Assembly (NCBI RefSeq): GCF_006345805.1
Contig: NC_043025.1
Coordinates: 5,890,001-5,954,000 of the forward strand
From: Octopus sinensis
Lineage: Eukaryota
Reading direction: 5' to 3'
DNA length: 64,000 nucleotides
In this document: positions 25,617 through 38,193 of the stretch, piece after piece
How the letters are laid out: each line of letters starts with the position of its first letter
Position numbering within the stretch: position 1 is the stretch's first letter
Notes under the pieces: model-generated
Told to the model about the DNA's origin: nothing
Databases searched by the model: none
What the model saw: the letters and a program-made list of their open reading frames with translations, nothing else
Made by a program: the position numbers and the translations under genes

Positions 25617-26281
25617 GTGTATAAATACATATATCTTTGTGTGTATGTGTGTGTGTGTGTGTGTGTGTGAGTGTGTGTATAATCGTGAGTGCGTATATAT
25701 GCCTGCATATATGAGCATATAAGCCCACATGTGTGTGTGTGTATATGTGTATGTAAGTATGTGTGTGTGTGTGGTGTGTGAGTCCCTTTGTGTCTAAATG
25801 AGTGAACAAGTGTATGTGACTTGTGTATATATGTGTGTGTAACTATGTAGGTGAATTTGAGCTGCTATGGTGTGTGTGTGTATCAGGGGTGCATATTCCG
25901 GGTGTGCTAGCTATGTGCTGCACACCCATCGAAAATGTCAATTTTATTATAATTATTAACCTTACTCGTTAATCTAATCGCAAATCATAATGGAAAACTT
26001 GTGGTGTACCCCTGCTTGAAATTTGATGGCGAGGGTCCTGAAAAAACACTGCACACCTCAGCGCATTGTATCAAAATATGACCCTGGGTGTATCGTAGGA
26101 TAATGAGAGAATGACAAAATAATTAAAGGTGATGGGTGTGCAACAACTTTGACAGCACAGTTGCATGTTCGTTTTTGTGGTGAGAATTTGTACGTTAAAA
26201 TTCATTTAGAATTCCTAAATTTAGACAAATTTTTTTATACAATGATTTTGCTTTCGGACAGTATCATCATATATATAAGCA

Positions 26282-27045
26282 CAGGAGTGGCTGTGTGGTA
26301 AGTAGCTTGCTTACCTACCACATGGTTCCGGGTTCAGTCCCACTGCGTGGCATCTTGGGCAAGTGTCTTCTACTATAGCCTCGGGCCGACGAAAGCCTTG
26401 TGAGTGGATTTGGTAGATGGAAACTGAAAGAAGCCCATCGTATATATGTATATATATATATATATATAGGCGCAAGAGTGGCTGTGTGGTAAGTAGCTTG
26501 CTTACCAATCACATGGTTCCAGGTTCAGTTCCACTGCGTGGCCTTGCGGGAAAGTGTTTTCTACTATAGCTTTGGGCCGACAAAAGCCTTGTGAGTGGAT
26601 TTGGTAGACGGAAACTGAAAGAAGTTCATCGTATATATGTATATATACATAGGCATAGGAGTGGCTGTGTGAAAAGTAGCATGCTTACGAACCACATAGT
26701 TCCGGGTTCAGTCCCACTGCGTGGCACCTTCGGTAAGTGTCTTCTACTATAGCCTCGGGCCAACCAAAGCCTTGTGAGTGGATTTGGTAGACGGAAACTG
26801 AATGAAGCCCATCGTATATATGTATATATGTATGTATGTGTGTATATGTGTTTGTGTGACTGTGTCTGTCTCCCCAACATCGCTTGACAACTGATGCTGG
26901 TGTGTTTACGTCCCCATAACTTAATGGTTTGGCAAAAGAGGCCAATAGAATAAGCCCCGGGGTCAATTTTACTCTACAAAAAGGTGGTGCTCCAGCATGG
27001 CCACAGTCAAATGACTGAAACAAGTAAAAGAGTAAAAGAGTATAA
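26282..27045 (+). mobile_element. SINE-A head multimer (3 heads) ending in a full tail
   Basis: ggagtggctgtgtg heads near 26284, 26476 and 26658, then a body and tail. Confidence 0.8.
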
Positions 27046-27673
27046 TAATATATATATATATGTGTCTATGTTTGTTTCCTCCCAACATCGCTTGACAACC
27101 AGTGCTGGTGTTTTTACATCCCCATAACTTAGCATTTCAGCAAAGAGAGACCGATAGAATAAGTACTAGGCTTAAAGAAGAATAAGCCCCGGGGTTGATT
27201 TGCTCGACTAAAGGCAGTGCACCAGCATGGCCACAGCCAAATGACTGAAACAAGGAAAAATAGAGAAGTAAAAGAGAGAATTTAATTTTGATCTTAATTT
27301 GTTTTGGTAACTACTAATTCACTTTTAGAAGTCAGAAACAAAATTTAAGTCAGGTCGAATTCTGAAAGGTTGTGCTTTGATATTTTCTGTGAAATTAGAG
27401 ATATTCTTAGTTGTGTGCTGACGCACTGTATTCAAAATTTAATTAGTGTTGGTCTTAAATGCTTTTACAGTCACAGAAAAACATGCTAGGCACAGGGGTG
27501 GCTGTGTGGTAAGTAGCTTGCTTACGAACCTCATGGTTCCGGGTTCAGTCCCACTGCATGGCACCTTGGCCAAGTGTCTTCTACTATAGCCTTGGGCTGA
27601 CCGAAGGCATGTCAGTGGATTTGGTAGACAGAAACTGAAAGAAGCCCATTGTGTATATATATAATGTGTATAT

Positions 27674-27725
<52 letters not shown>

Positions 27726-28214
27726 CACACACACACATATATATTATATATATGCATAGATATGCGTAAGTGCAGGAGTGGCTGTGTGGTAAGTAGCTTG
27801 CTTACTAACCACATGATTTAAGGTTCAGTCCCACTGCATGGCACCTTGGCCAACCGAAGCCTTGCAGATTTGGTAGACAGAAACTGAAAGAAGCCCAATG
27901 TATATATATGTATGTATATATGTATATGTTTATGTATTTGTGTGTCTGCGTTTGTTTCCCCCCAACATCGCTTGACAACCAATGCTGGTGTATTTACATC
28001 TCTGTAACTTAGCAGTTCAGCAAACGAGACTGATAGAATAAGTACTAGGCTTCATCATCATCATCATCATCATCGTTTAACGTCTGTTTTCCGCGCTAGC
28101 ACGGGTTGGACGGTTCGACCGGGGTCTGGGAAGCCAGGATGCTGCACCAGGCCCCAGTCTGATCTGGCAGTGTTTCTACAGCTGGATGCCCTTCCTAACG
28201 CCAGAATAATACAG

Positions 28215-28310
28215 TTCTATATGGTGTAGTGGTTAAGAGCGTGGGCTACTAACACCAAGTTTACGAGTTCGATTCCAGGCAGTGACTTGAATAATAATAA
28301 TAATAATAAC

Positions 28311-28348
<38 letters not shown>

Positions 28349-28515
28349 CAACAACATCGAAAAATATCTTAAGGATGAGAACCCAGGTTCAAAATTTCCC
28401 CAAGACACCTGATAAAGGCTGGAGGGTATATCAGCCGAAACGTTGTGTTAACAGCAAACAAGATAAGGGCAAATGCCCGTCAAATATAAATAATGTAAAT
28501 CATGTAAATAATTTA
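28215..28515 (+). mobile_element. tRNA-headed element with (TAA)n spacer and hammerhead-like motif
   Basis: A-box tggtgtagtgg at 28222-28232, B-box gttcgattcc at 28267-28276, (TAA)n at ~28290-28345, HHR-like motif at 28405-28448. Confidence 0.7.
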
Positions 28516-28619
28516 CAAATAAGTCCTGGGGTTGATTTGCTTAACTAAGGGCGGTGCTCCAGCATGGCCACAGTCAAATGACTGAAACAAGTAAAAGAAT
28601 AAAAGAATGAAAGTGATTA

Positions 28620-28918
28620 AATAGTGCCATGTATCTGTGTCCCAATTGAATTAAGCTTACATTCCTTACATTTTGGGTTCCGCATTTTGAATAGAGGTAT
28701 GCAATAATGTACATCTGGAAGATCCTGGAAGGAATTGTGCCAAATTTTGGTATTGAAAGCTACACTAATGCCAGAACGGGTCATCGCTGCACAGTGCCAA
28801 AGATCCCAGCAGCACCATCGCGCTTCGGGACCAGTTACTTCAAGGGTCCACAGTTTTTTTAATATTCTCCCAAAGAGCCTGAGGAACCTGCACAAAGTAG
28901 ATGTAGGTGTTTTTAAAT
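28620..28918 (+). mobile_element. CR1/L2-group LINE fragment, same family as 14345-15348
   Basis: Translates RYAIMYIWKILEGIVPNFGIESYTNARTGHRCTVPKIP and FFNILPKSLRNLHKVDVGVFK, with a frameshift between. Confidence 0.75.
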
Positions 28919-29026
28919 CACTCCGAGAGTGTAGTGGGTGCTTTTTACGTGCCACCAGCACGAGGGCCAGTCAGGCGGTACTGGCATCAACCACACTCGA
29001 ATGGTGGTTTTTCATGTGCCACCCGG

Positions 29027-29071
<45 letters not shown>

Positions 29072-29246
29072 ATATATAGTGTGTGTGTGTATATATATAT
29101 ATATACTCTACTTTATAGAAGTTCCTACCGTTAATGGTTATATTCACAAGCCGAAATCTACCAGTAAATAATTGTTGGTTTTTTTTAAAAACCATTAAAG
29201 ATATTATTTACTCTCACACACACCACACACATATTATATATATATA

Positions 29247-29404
29247 CTTTATTTTAAGCAGCAGAAAATTCAACAAAATCTGTTACTCTGAGTTTCTCGT
29301 TGCCGTTCATCAGACAGTTTTTGCTAGCAAAAACTGTCTGATGAATGGCAACGAGAAACTCAGAGTAACAGATTTTGTTGAATTTTCTGCTGCTTAAAAT
29401 AAAG
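29247..29404. repeat. 158-bp loop-less palindrome
   Basis: Centre is ttgct|agcaa at 29325/29326; the 79-bp arms have one mismatch. Confidence 0.95.
29334..29371 (+). ncRNA. Hammerhead motif inside the palindrome (mirror copy at 29280-29317, minus)
   Basis: CUGU-CUGAUGA-A-(U/C)G-GCAA-CG-A-GAAACU-CAG-AGUA-ACAG. Confidence 0.55.
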
Positions 29405-29471
29405 CATATTACTCTACCACTGGTATTTGAGTACTCTTTTTTCCACCTTGTTTCATATTTAGTGTTACTCC

Positions 29472-29514
<43 letters not shown>

Positions 29515-29834
29515 TTTATTTGTTTGTAGTTTTAAAGTTGTTCCACTAACAGCCATCCTGTATTTTTGTATATCAATGAACACATTGTCCGATGAGTCTT
29601 ATTTTTAGTATAAAATGTTATTATGTAATCTGAGGATGATTTGGCTGCTACTTCTAGTAGGCCTAGTTACAATCTCCTTAGATATATATATATATATATA
29701 TATATCCATATACATAAGACAGCAGGGTGAATCTGAGGTAGACTTCGCTGCTATTTCTATCTATCATTTAGAGGTCTCCCTTACTAACATACATACATAT
29801 ATATTTTTTTCGCTCCTTGTTTTTTTCTGTGTCC

Positions 29835-29870
29835 CTTTCTGTAGAAGAGCACAGGCTCGAAACGTAAAAG
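29835..29870 (+). ncRNA. Minimal hammerhead-like motif, A6U variant
   Basis: CUUU-CUGUAGA-A-GAGC-ACAG-GCUC-GAAAC-GUA-AAAG, same family as 13183-13220. Confidence 0.4.
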
Positions 29871-30254
29871 ACTTTTTCTATTCCTGAGCGTTATACTAAT
29901 ACATCTGTTTGTTTTGTACACCACCTGTCTTCGTCTTTTGTTTTTTCGTAAACTCTCCCTATACATATATATATATATACATACATAAGACAGCAGTAGG
30001 TAATTTAAAGAAGATTTAGTTACTATTTCTAGCATAACATGAGGCCATGTAGAGGCTTCCCTAACAAGCTTGGTGTTCTAGGGTTTTATGTGTGAGCAAC
30101 AAGTCTTCTAATTATCTGGATTTGTAGAGCAGAAAGTTTTATAATGCATTAGTTTGTTTAATTCTACCTAAATGCACTTGTGATGCCATAGATGGCTTAA
30201 GAAAACATATATAGAGATAAAGTATGTTTATACATAGATAATATCAGCATTATA

Positions 30255-30370
30255 CAAATGTATGCTTATATATATACATATGTATGCATGCATACAAACA
30301 TGAATGTATATATGTGTGTGTGTCATTATTCAATTTATTTCATGTATGTATGTATGTATGTATGTATGTA

Positions 30371-30405
<35 letters not shown>

Positions 30406-31740
30406 ATGTATGTATGTATGTATGTATGAATGCATGTGTGTGTGTGTGTATGTATGTATGTGTGTATGTATGTGTGTGTGTATGTATGTATGTATGTATG
30501 TATGTATGTATGTATGTATGTGTGTGTATGTAGGTATGTATTTGTGTCATTATTCAATTTATTTCATGTATGTATGTATGAATGTATGTATGTTACCATC
30601 TCCTTAGATATATATAGTGGCTGTGTGTTAAGTAGCTTGCTTACCGACCACATGGTTCCGGGTTCAGTCCCACTGCGTGGCACCTTGGGCAAGTGTCTTC
30701 TACTATAGCCTCGGGCTGACCAATGTATGCTTATACATACATATGTATGCATGCATACAAACATGTATGTATATATGTATGTATGTCATTATTCAATTTA
30801 TTTCATGTATGTATGTATGTGTATGTAGTGTGTATGTATGTATGTATGCGTGCATGCATGCATGTATGTATGTGTGTGTATATATATATATATATATGCA
30901 TGTATGTGTGTACATATATATATATGCATGCATGTGTGTATATATATATATATATATGCATGCATGTGTGTATATATATATATATGCATGCATGCATGTG
31001 TGTATATATATATATATATGCATGCATGTATGTGTGTATATATATATATATGCATGTATGTATGTATGTATGTATGTATGTATGTGTGTGTGTGTGTGTG
31101 TGTGAGTGTATGTATGTATGTATATATGTATGTGTGTCATTATTCAATTTATTTCATGTATGTATGTATGTATGTATGTATGTGTGTATGTATGTATGTA
31201 TGCGTGCATGCATGCATGTATGTATGTGTGTGTATATATATATATATATGCATGTATGTGTGTACATATATATATATGCATGCATGTGTGTATATATATA
31301 TATATATGCATGCATGTGTGTATATATATATATGCATGCATGCATGTGTGTATATATATATATATATGCATGCATGTATGTGTGTATATATATATATATG
31401 CATGTATGTATGTATGTATGTATGTATGTATGTATGTGTGTGTGTGTGTGTGTGTGAGTGTATGTATGTATGTATATATGTATGTGTGTATGTATGTATG
31501 TATGTGTGTCATTATTCAATTTATTTCATGTATGTATGTATGTATGTATGTATATGTATGGTGTATGTATGTATGTGTATGTGTGTATGTATGTGGTATG
31601 TATGTATGTGTGTCATTATTCAATTTCATGTATGTATGTATGTATATGTGTATGTATGTATGTATGTATGTATGTATGTATGTATGTATGTATGTATGCA
31701 TGTATGTGTGTGTGTATGTATGTATGTATGTATGTCATTA
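30255..31740. repeat. (TATG/TA/TG/CATG) mosaic with higher-order duplication
   Basis: The anchor gtcattattcaatttatttcatg recurs near 30321, 30546, 30785, 31136 and 31508, including a ~350-370-bp duplicated block. Confidence 0.9.
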
Positions 31741-31837
31741 TTCAGTTTACTTCAAGACTTCTTACCAATAGAGAAAGAACTGGTTTCTAACCTAGATTCA
31801 TGAAATTTCACCATCAACAACAGGGCATTTTTATTTG

Positions 31838-31868
<31 letters not shown>

Positions 31869-32705
31869 GTATATGTGCAGATTTGTATGTTTTGTTTTAT
31901 GTATGTATTTTCATGCATATAGTTGCATATCTAGGCATGCTCATATATATTTAAATGATAAGAGGCGGCGAGATGGCAGAAACATTAGTGTGCCGGGTGA
32001 AATGCTTAGCAGTATTTCGTCTGTCGTTAGGTTCTGAGTTCAAATTCCGCCGAGGTCGACTTTGCCTTTCATCCTTTCGGGGTCGATAAATAAAGTACCA
32101 GTTTCGCACTGGGTCAATATAATCGACTTATTCCATTTGTCTGGCCTTGTTTGTCCCCTCTGTGTTTAGCCCCTTCTGGGTAGTAAAAAAATATATATTT
32201 AAATTATAAACTTTTGGAAAGTTTTACAGATTTTTACAGTTCCTGTGATGGATTGGATCTGTAGTCTTTGAATTAGCTTTCTCCTATGTATGTATATATG
32301 TATGTATGTATGCATGTATATATGTGTGTATGTATGACATTATTCAGTTTTATTTCAAGATTTCTTGCCAAATGTGTGTGTATGTATGTATGTGTGTGTA
32401 TGTATATACTGATGTAGGCAAAGACGTCATGGATATCATGAATACATTAGAATGTGTATATAAATATATAATAGTATACATAAACACAAATATATATATA
32501 CACACACATATATTTACATAGAAATATATATATATGTATATATATGGTCATATATGTGTGTGCGGATGCATACACACACACATATATACATAGACACAAC
32601 CACAAATGTACACATATACACCCGTCTGTGCATATTCACACTGAAGACATCATATGCATATACACACTTGTAAATGTTTGAGGGGTGTCTATGAATGTGT
32701 CGGTA

Positions 32706-32749
<44 letters not shown>

Positions 32750-32957
32750 TGTGTATGTTCATTGGTGTGTAATAAACCTGATTAATTTGTAAATCTCTTA
32801 CATTAAATTTAATTATGCTTTCATAGACTTCTGAGAGAATGATATACGATTCCTATCCCTCAGCTGTATACCCACAATTAAATACACACACACACACACA
32901 AACAAACACACGAACACACACATACACAAACACACAAACACATCTATATACATATAC

Positions 32958-33905
32958 GACAGGCTTCTTTCAGTTTCCGTCTGCAAAATCCACTCACAAG
33001 GCTTTGGTAGGCCCAAGGCTATAGTAGAAGACACTTGTCCAAGATGCCACACAGTGGGACTGAACCCGGAACCATGTGGTTGGTAAGCAAGCTACTTACC
33101 ACAGAGCCACTCCTGCACCTATATATACATATACAACAGGCTTCTTTCAGTTTCCGTCTACCAAATCCACTCACAAAGCTTTGGTAGGCCCGAGGCTATA
33201 GTAGAAGACACTTGTCCAAGGTGCCATGCAGTGGGACTGAACCCAGAACCATGTGGTTGGTAAGCAAGCTACTTACCACAGAGCCACTCCTGCACCTATA
33301 TATACATATACAACAGGCTTCTTTCAGTTTCCGTCTACCAAATCCACTCACAAGGCTTTGGTAGGCCCAAGGCTATAGTAGAAGGCACTTGTCCAAGGTG
33401 CCATGCAGTGGGACTGAACCCGGAACCATGTGGTTGGTAAACAAGCTACTTACCACAGAGCCACCCCTGCACCTATATATATATATACAACAGGCTTCTT
33501 TCAGTTTCCGTCTACCTAATCCACTCACAAGGCTTTGGTCGGCCCAAGGCTATAGTAGAAGGCACTTGTCCCATGCAGTGGGACTGAACCCGGAACCATG
33601 TGGTTGGTAAACAAGCTACTTACCACAGAGCCACTCCTGCACCTATACAACAGGCTTCTTTCAGTTTCCATCTACCAAATCCACTCACAAGTGCCAAGGT
33701 GCCACACAGTTGGACTGAACCCGGAACCATGTGGTTGGTTAGCAAGCTACTTACCACAGAGCCACTCCTGCACCTATACAACAGGCTTCTTTCAGTTTCC
33801 ATCTACCAAATCCACTCACAAGTGCCAAGGTGCCACACAGTTGGACTGAACCCGAACTATGTGGTTGGTTAGCAAGCTACTTACCACACAGCCACTCCTG
33901 CACCT
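32958..33905 (-). mobile_element. Tandem array of about 6 SINE-A head units
   Basis: acaggcttctttcagtttcc...gccac(t/c)cctgcacc is repeated, with progressively deleted units. Confidence 0.85.
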
Positions 33906-33922
33906 ATATATATATATATATT

Positions 33923-33970
<48 letters not shown>

Positions 33971-34000
33971 ATTTATATATTTATATATATATATATATTT

Positions 34001-34038
<38 letters not shown>

Positions 34039-34185
34039 TATTATAATATAATTTATATATTTATATATATATATATATATTTATATATAATATTTTATTT
34101 ATATATATATATATTTATATATATTATATATATATATTTTATTAATATATATTTATATATATATATTTTATATATATATATATAT

Positions 34186-34220
<35 letters not shown>

Positions 34221-34289
34221 ATATATAATTTATATATATATAATATATATTTATTATATATATATATATTTATATATTATATATATATT

Positions 34290-34320
<31 letters not shown>

Positions 34321-34479
34321 TTATATATTTATATATATATTTATATATATATATATTTATATATATATTTTATATATATAATATATATTTATATATATAT
34401 ATTTTATATAGATATATTTATATATATATATATATATTATATATATATATATATATATTTTATATATATAATATATATT

Positions 34480-34510
<31 letters not shown>

Positions 34511-34522
34511 ATATTATATATA

Positions 34523-34569
<47 letters not shown>

Positions 34570-34590
34570 ATATATATACATATATATAAA
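33906..34590. repeat. (AT)n-rich microsatellite, about 680 bp
   Basis: Almost pure A/T alternation. Confidence 0.95.
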
Positions 34591-34754
34591 GTGTTTGTTG
34601 CCAACTTAAAGTGGTAGTTCCAGGAAAGGGAAGAACACTACTGCTATTTAGCCCCAGGAAACATCGTTTCCCATTAGCTATGTGACACAAGCGTACTGTG
34701 TCTTTAGGTCTTCAAACAGGGGAGATAAGCACCTCCACCCAGCAAAGCCACCAC

Positions 34755-34795
34755 CCAGAGACTAGTTTCAGAGTCATTACTCTTCGTCAGTCTGG
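34755..34795 (-). ncRNA. Minimal type I hammerhead ribozyme with GUC triplet
   Basis: CCAGA-CUGACGA-AGAGU-AAUG-ACUCU-GAAAC-UA-GUC-UCUGG. Stems I and II are perfect 5-bp helices and stem III is the palindrome ACUAGU. Confidence 0.8.
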
Positions 34796-34989
34796 AGCAG
34801 CTTGGTTTGCTAGCTGCCGATGCTTATTCACATTTGAAAAACTATAGAATTTTAAATGAAATAAATTCAGTGATCTACAAATTTAGAAATATTGCGTATC
34901 TAAATGTCTCAGAGAGATCTATATAGGACTAAATGATGATGATGATACATGCAATGGGCTTCTTTCAGTTTCCGGTAACCAAATCCATA

Positions 34990-36225
34990 CAACAACAATG
35001 GCAATAATGAAGACCACAACAAACAACAATAACAACAATGGCGCAATTGTCACCACCAACAGCACCGACGGCACCACAGCATCAATGGCACCACTAACAC
35101 CAACGCACCACCAACACCAATGGCACCACCAACACCAATGGCACCACCAAGACCAACGGCACCACAGCACCACCAACACCAACGGCACCAATGGCACCAC
35201 AGCACCAACGGCAACACTGATACCCATGGCACCACCAACACCAATGGCACCACAGCACCAATGGCACCACCAACACCAATGGCACAACCAGCACCCATGG
35301 CACCACCAACTCCAATGGCACCAACAGCACCACAGCTCCAATGGCACCACCAACACCAACGGCACCACAGCACCAATGGCAACACTGATACCCATGGCAC
35401 CACCAACACCAATGGCACCACAGCACCAATGGCACCACCAACACCAATGGCACAACCAGCACCCATGGCACCACCAACTCCAATGGCACCAACAGCACCA
35501 CAGCTCCAATGGCACCACCAACACCAACGGCACCACAGCACCAATGGCAACACTGATACCCATGGCACCACCAACACCAATGGCACCACAGCACCAATGG
35601 CACCACCAACACCAATGGCACAACCAGCACCCATGGCACCACCAACTCCAATGGCACCAACGGCACCACAGCTCCAATGGCACCACCAACACCAACGGCA
35701 CCACAGCACCAATGGCAACACTGATACCCATGGCACCACCAACACCAATGGCACCACAGCACCAATGGCACCACCAACACCAATGGTACAACCAGCACCC
35801 ATGGCACCACCAACTCCAATGGTACAACCAGCACCCATGGCACCACCAACTCCAATGGCACCAACGGCACCACCAACTCCAATGGCACCAACGGCACCAC
35901 AGTTCCAATGGCACCAACACCAATGGCACCACTAACACCAATGGCACCACCAACACCAACGGCACCACAGCACCAATGGCACCACCAACACCAATGGCAC
36001 CACCAGCACCCATGGCACCACCAACACCAATGGCACCAACGGTACCACAGCACCACCAACACCAACGGCACCACAGACCCAATGGCACCACAGCACCAAT
36101 GGCACCAACAACACTAATAGCACCACCAACACCAATGGCACCAACGGCACCACAACACCAATGATACCCATGGCACCACCAACACCAACAGCACCACAAG
36201 ACCACCACCACCACTACCAACACCA
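34990..36225. repeat. CACC/AATGG-rich minisatellite with 168-bp higher-order repeat
   Basis: aacactgatacccatggc is at 35213, 35381, 35549 and 35717; short ccaatggcacc-type subunits are interspersed. Confidence 0.9.
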
Positions 36226-36615
36226 AACAAAGCCTCGTTTCACATTCTGTACATTACAGAAAGTTATTAATTTGAACAACCAGGGTGTTGTGCTGACTGC
36301 TCAGCCACCCACATATACCCTGAAAGCACTTATAAATCATGTATGGTGGGTGGAATGGTAGAAGATTAGAGGATGTCTGAGGGTATGCGATGTGGGTTTG
36401 AGTAATAAATCTGGGTGTGGATGAGAGATAGTTTTAGGTTTGTGGTTTAGTTTAGCCATCATGCCTCCGGCCATGTTGAAGCATCAGTTTGTACAAAGTA
36501 GGTCTTTTAGAGATAAGAGATGTAGGGTAATGAGATACGCAGATAAGGGGTACATTAATGGATAAATTATGACATGAAATAGATATATACATATACATAC
36601 ATACCTACATACATA

Positions 36616-36687
<72 letters not shown>

Positions 36688-36696
36688 CATACATAT

Positions 36697-36729
<33 letters not shown>

Positions 36730-37274
36730 TGTACATCACACCTAATACTCTATACACACACACACACACATAGATATAGATAGATAGATATTTAGATAGA
36801 CAGATAGATAGATATACATCCATATATGTACATACATGCACACATACACATACATAAATACTAACACACATATATACACACATAAGTAAAAACATTATAA
36901 TACATAAATATATACATTACATATATACATGTATATATGTACATATGTATGTATGTATGTACGTATGTATGTATGTGTGTATGTTTGTAAGTATGTAAGC
37001 ATGTACATGTATATGTAAATATCGATATGTAATATATCCACATATATATAATTGTGTATGTATGTATAAAGCAGAATCAAAAATAAGGAAGGCATATACA
37101 ATGTGATACAAAGACAAAAGTATTGGTTGAATCAGGAGGATACATCAAAATTGTACAATTGTACAATCTTTTAACTCTGGGCCTCACAGAGGCAATGACT
37201 AGTGACCGAGACTTTTGGCAATGTGCTGTGCTTGAGAAGACCTGTCAAGCCAAGGGATATTGTAGATGTTTAGT

Positions 37275-37877
37275 GGAGGCGCAATAGCCTAGTGGTTAGG
37301 GCAGTGGACTCGCGGTCATAGGATCGCAGTTTCGATTCCCAGACCGGGCGTTGTGAGTGTTTATTGAGCGAAAACACCTAAAGCTCCACGAGGCTCCGGC
37401 AGGGGGTGGTGGCGATCCCTGCTGTACTCTTTCACCACAACTTTCTCTCACTCTTACTTCCTGTTTCTGTTGTACCTGTATTTCAAAGGGTGGAGGCGCA
37501 ATGGCCCAGTGGTTAGGGCAGCGGACTCGCGGTCATAGGATCGCAGTTTCGATTCCCAGACCAGGCGTTGTGAGTGTTTATTGAGCGAAAACACCTAAAG
37601 CTCCACGAGGCTCCGGCAGGGGATGGTGGTGATCCCTGCTGTACTCTTTCACCACAACTTTCTCTCACTCTTACTTCCTGTTTCTGTTGTACCTGTATTT
37701 CAAAGGGCCGGCCTTGTCACTCTCTGTGTCATGCTGAATATCCCCGAGAACTATGTTAAGGGTACATGTGTCTGTGGAGTGCTCAGCCACTTACACGTTA
37801 ACTTCACGAGCAGGCTGTTCCGGTGATTCGGATCAACCGGAACCCTCGTTGTCGTAACCGACGGAGTGCTTCCATCC
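37275..37877 (+). mobile_element. SINE family C, partial plus full dimer
   Basis: Heads at 37275 and 37492. The 13-bp TSD attgtagatgttt is at 37259-37271 and 37878-37890. Confidence 0.85.
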
Positions 37878-37888
37878 ATTGTAGATGT

Positions 37889-38193
37889 TTGTTTGTTCCT
37901 TTTTGAGGCATACCTGGCTCATAAGGGCCGGTTTCCTGGTTTCCTTGGCGTATAGGTTCCCTACATGGACGGAACGCCGGTCCATCGCAGGTGAGCTGCA
38001 AGATGCAGGAGGAAAGAGTGAGAGAAAGTTGTGGCGAAAGAGTCAGCAGAAGTTTGCCATTACCTTCTTCCGGAGTCGCGTGGAGCTTAGGTACTTCACT
38101 CATAAACATACACATCACCCTGTCTGAGATTTGAACCCGCAGTCCCTTGACCGTTAGTCCGCTGCTCTAACCACAAGGCCATGTGTCTCCACT
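37889..38193 (-). mobile_element. tRNA-derived SINE related to family C
   Basis: Minus-strand head ggagacacatggccttgtggttagagcagcgg...gggttcaaatc; it shares ctttctctcactctt with family C. Confidence 0.75.

Noticed and set aside
28222-28290. tRNA gene
   Set aside because: It has A/B boxes but no convincing acceptor stem; this and the other heads (8350, 37275, 7159) are SINE heads.
29610-29675. CUGAGGA flanked by UGUAAU/GUUACA
   Set aside because: It lacks the GAAA element.
34919-36226. 435-, 388- and 326-aa ORFs as a His-rich or mucin-like gene
   Set aside because: Overlapping ORFs on both strands, with register cycling inside a minisatellite and no splice or domain evidence.
36260-36340. 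81-nt plus-strand exon candidate (KVINLNNQGVVLTAQPPTYTLKALINH)
   Set aside because: Moderate splice signals, opposite strand to the best exon candidate, and no homology recognised.
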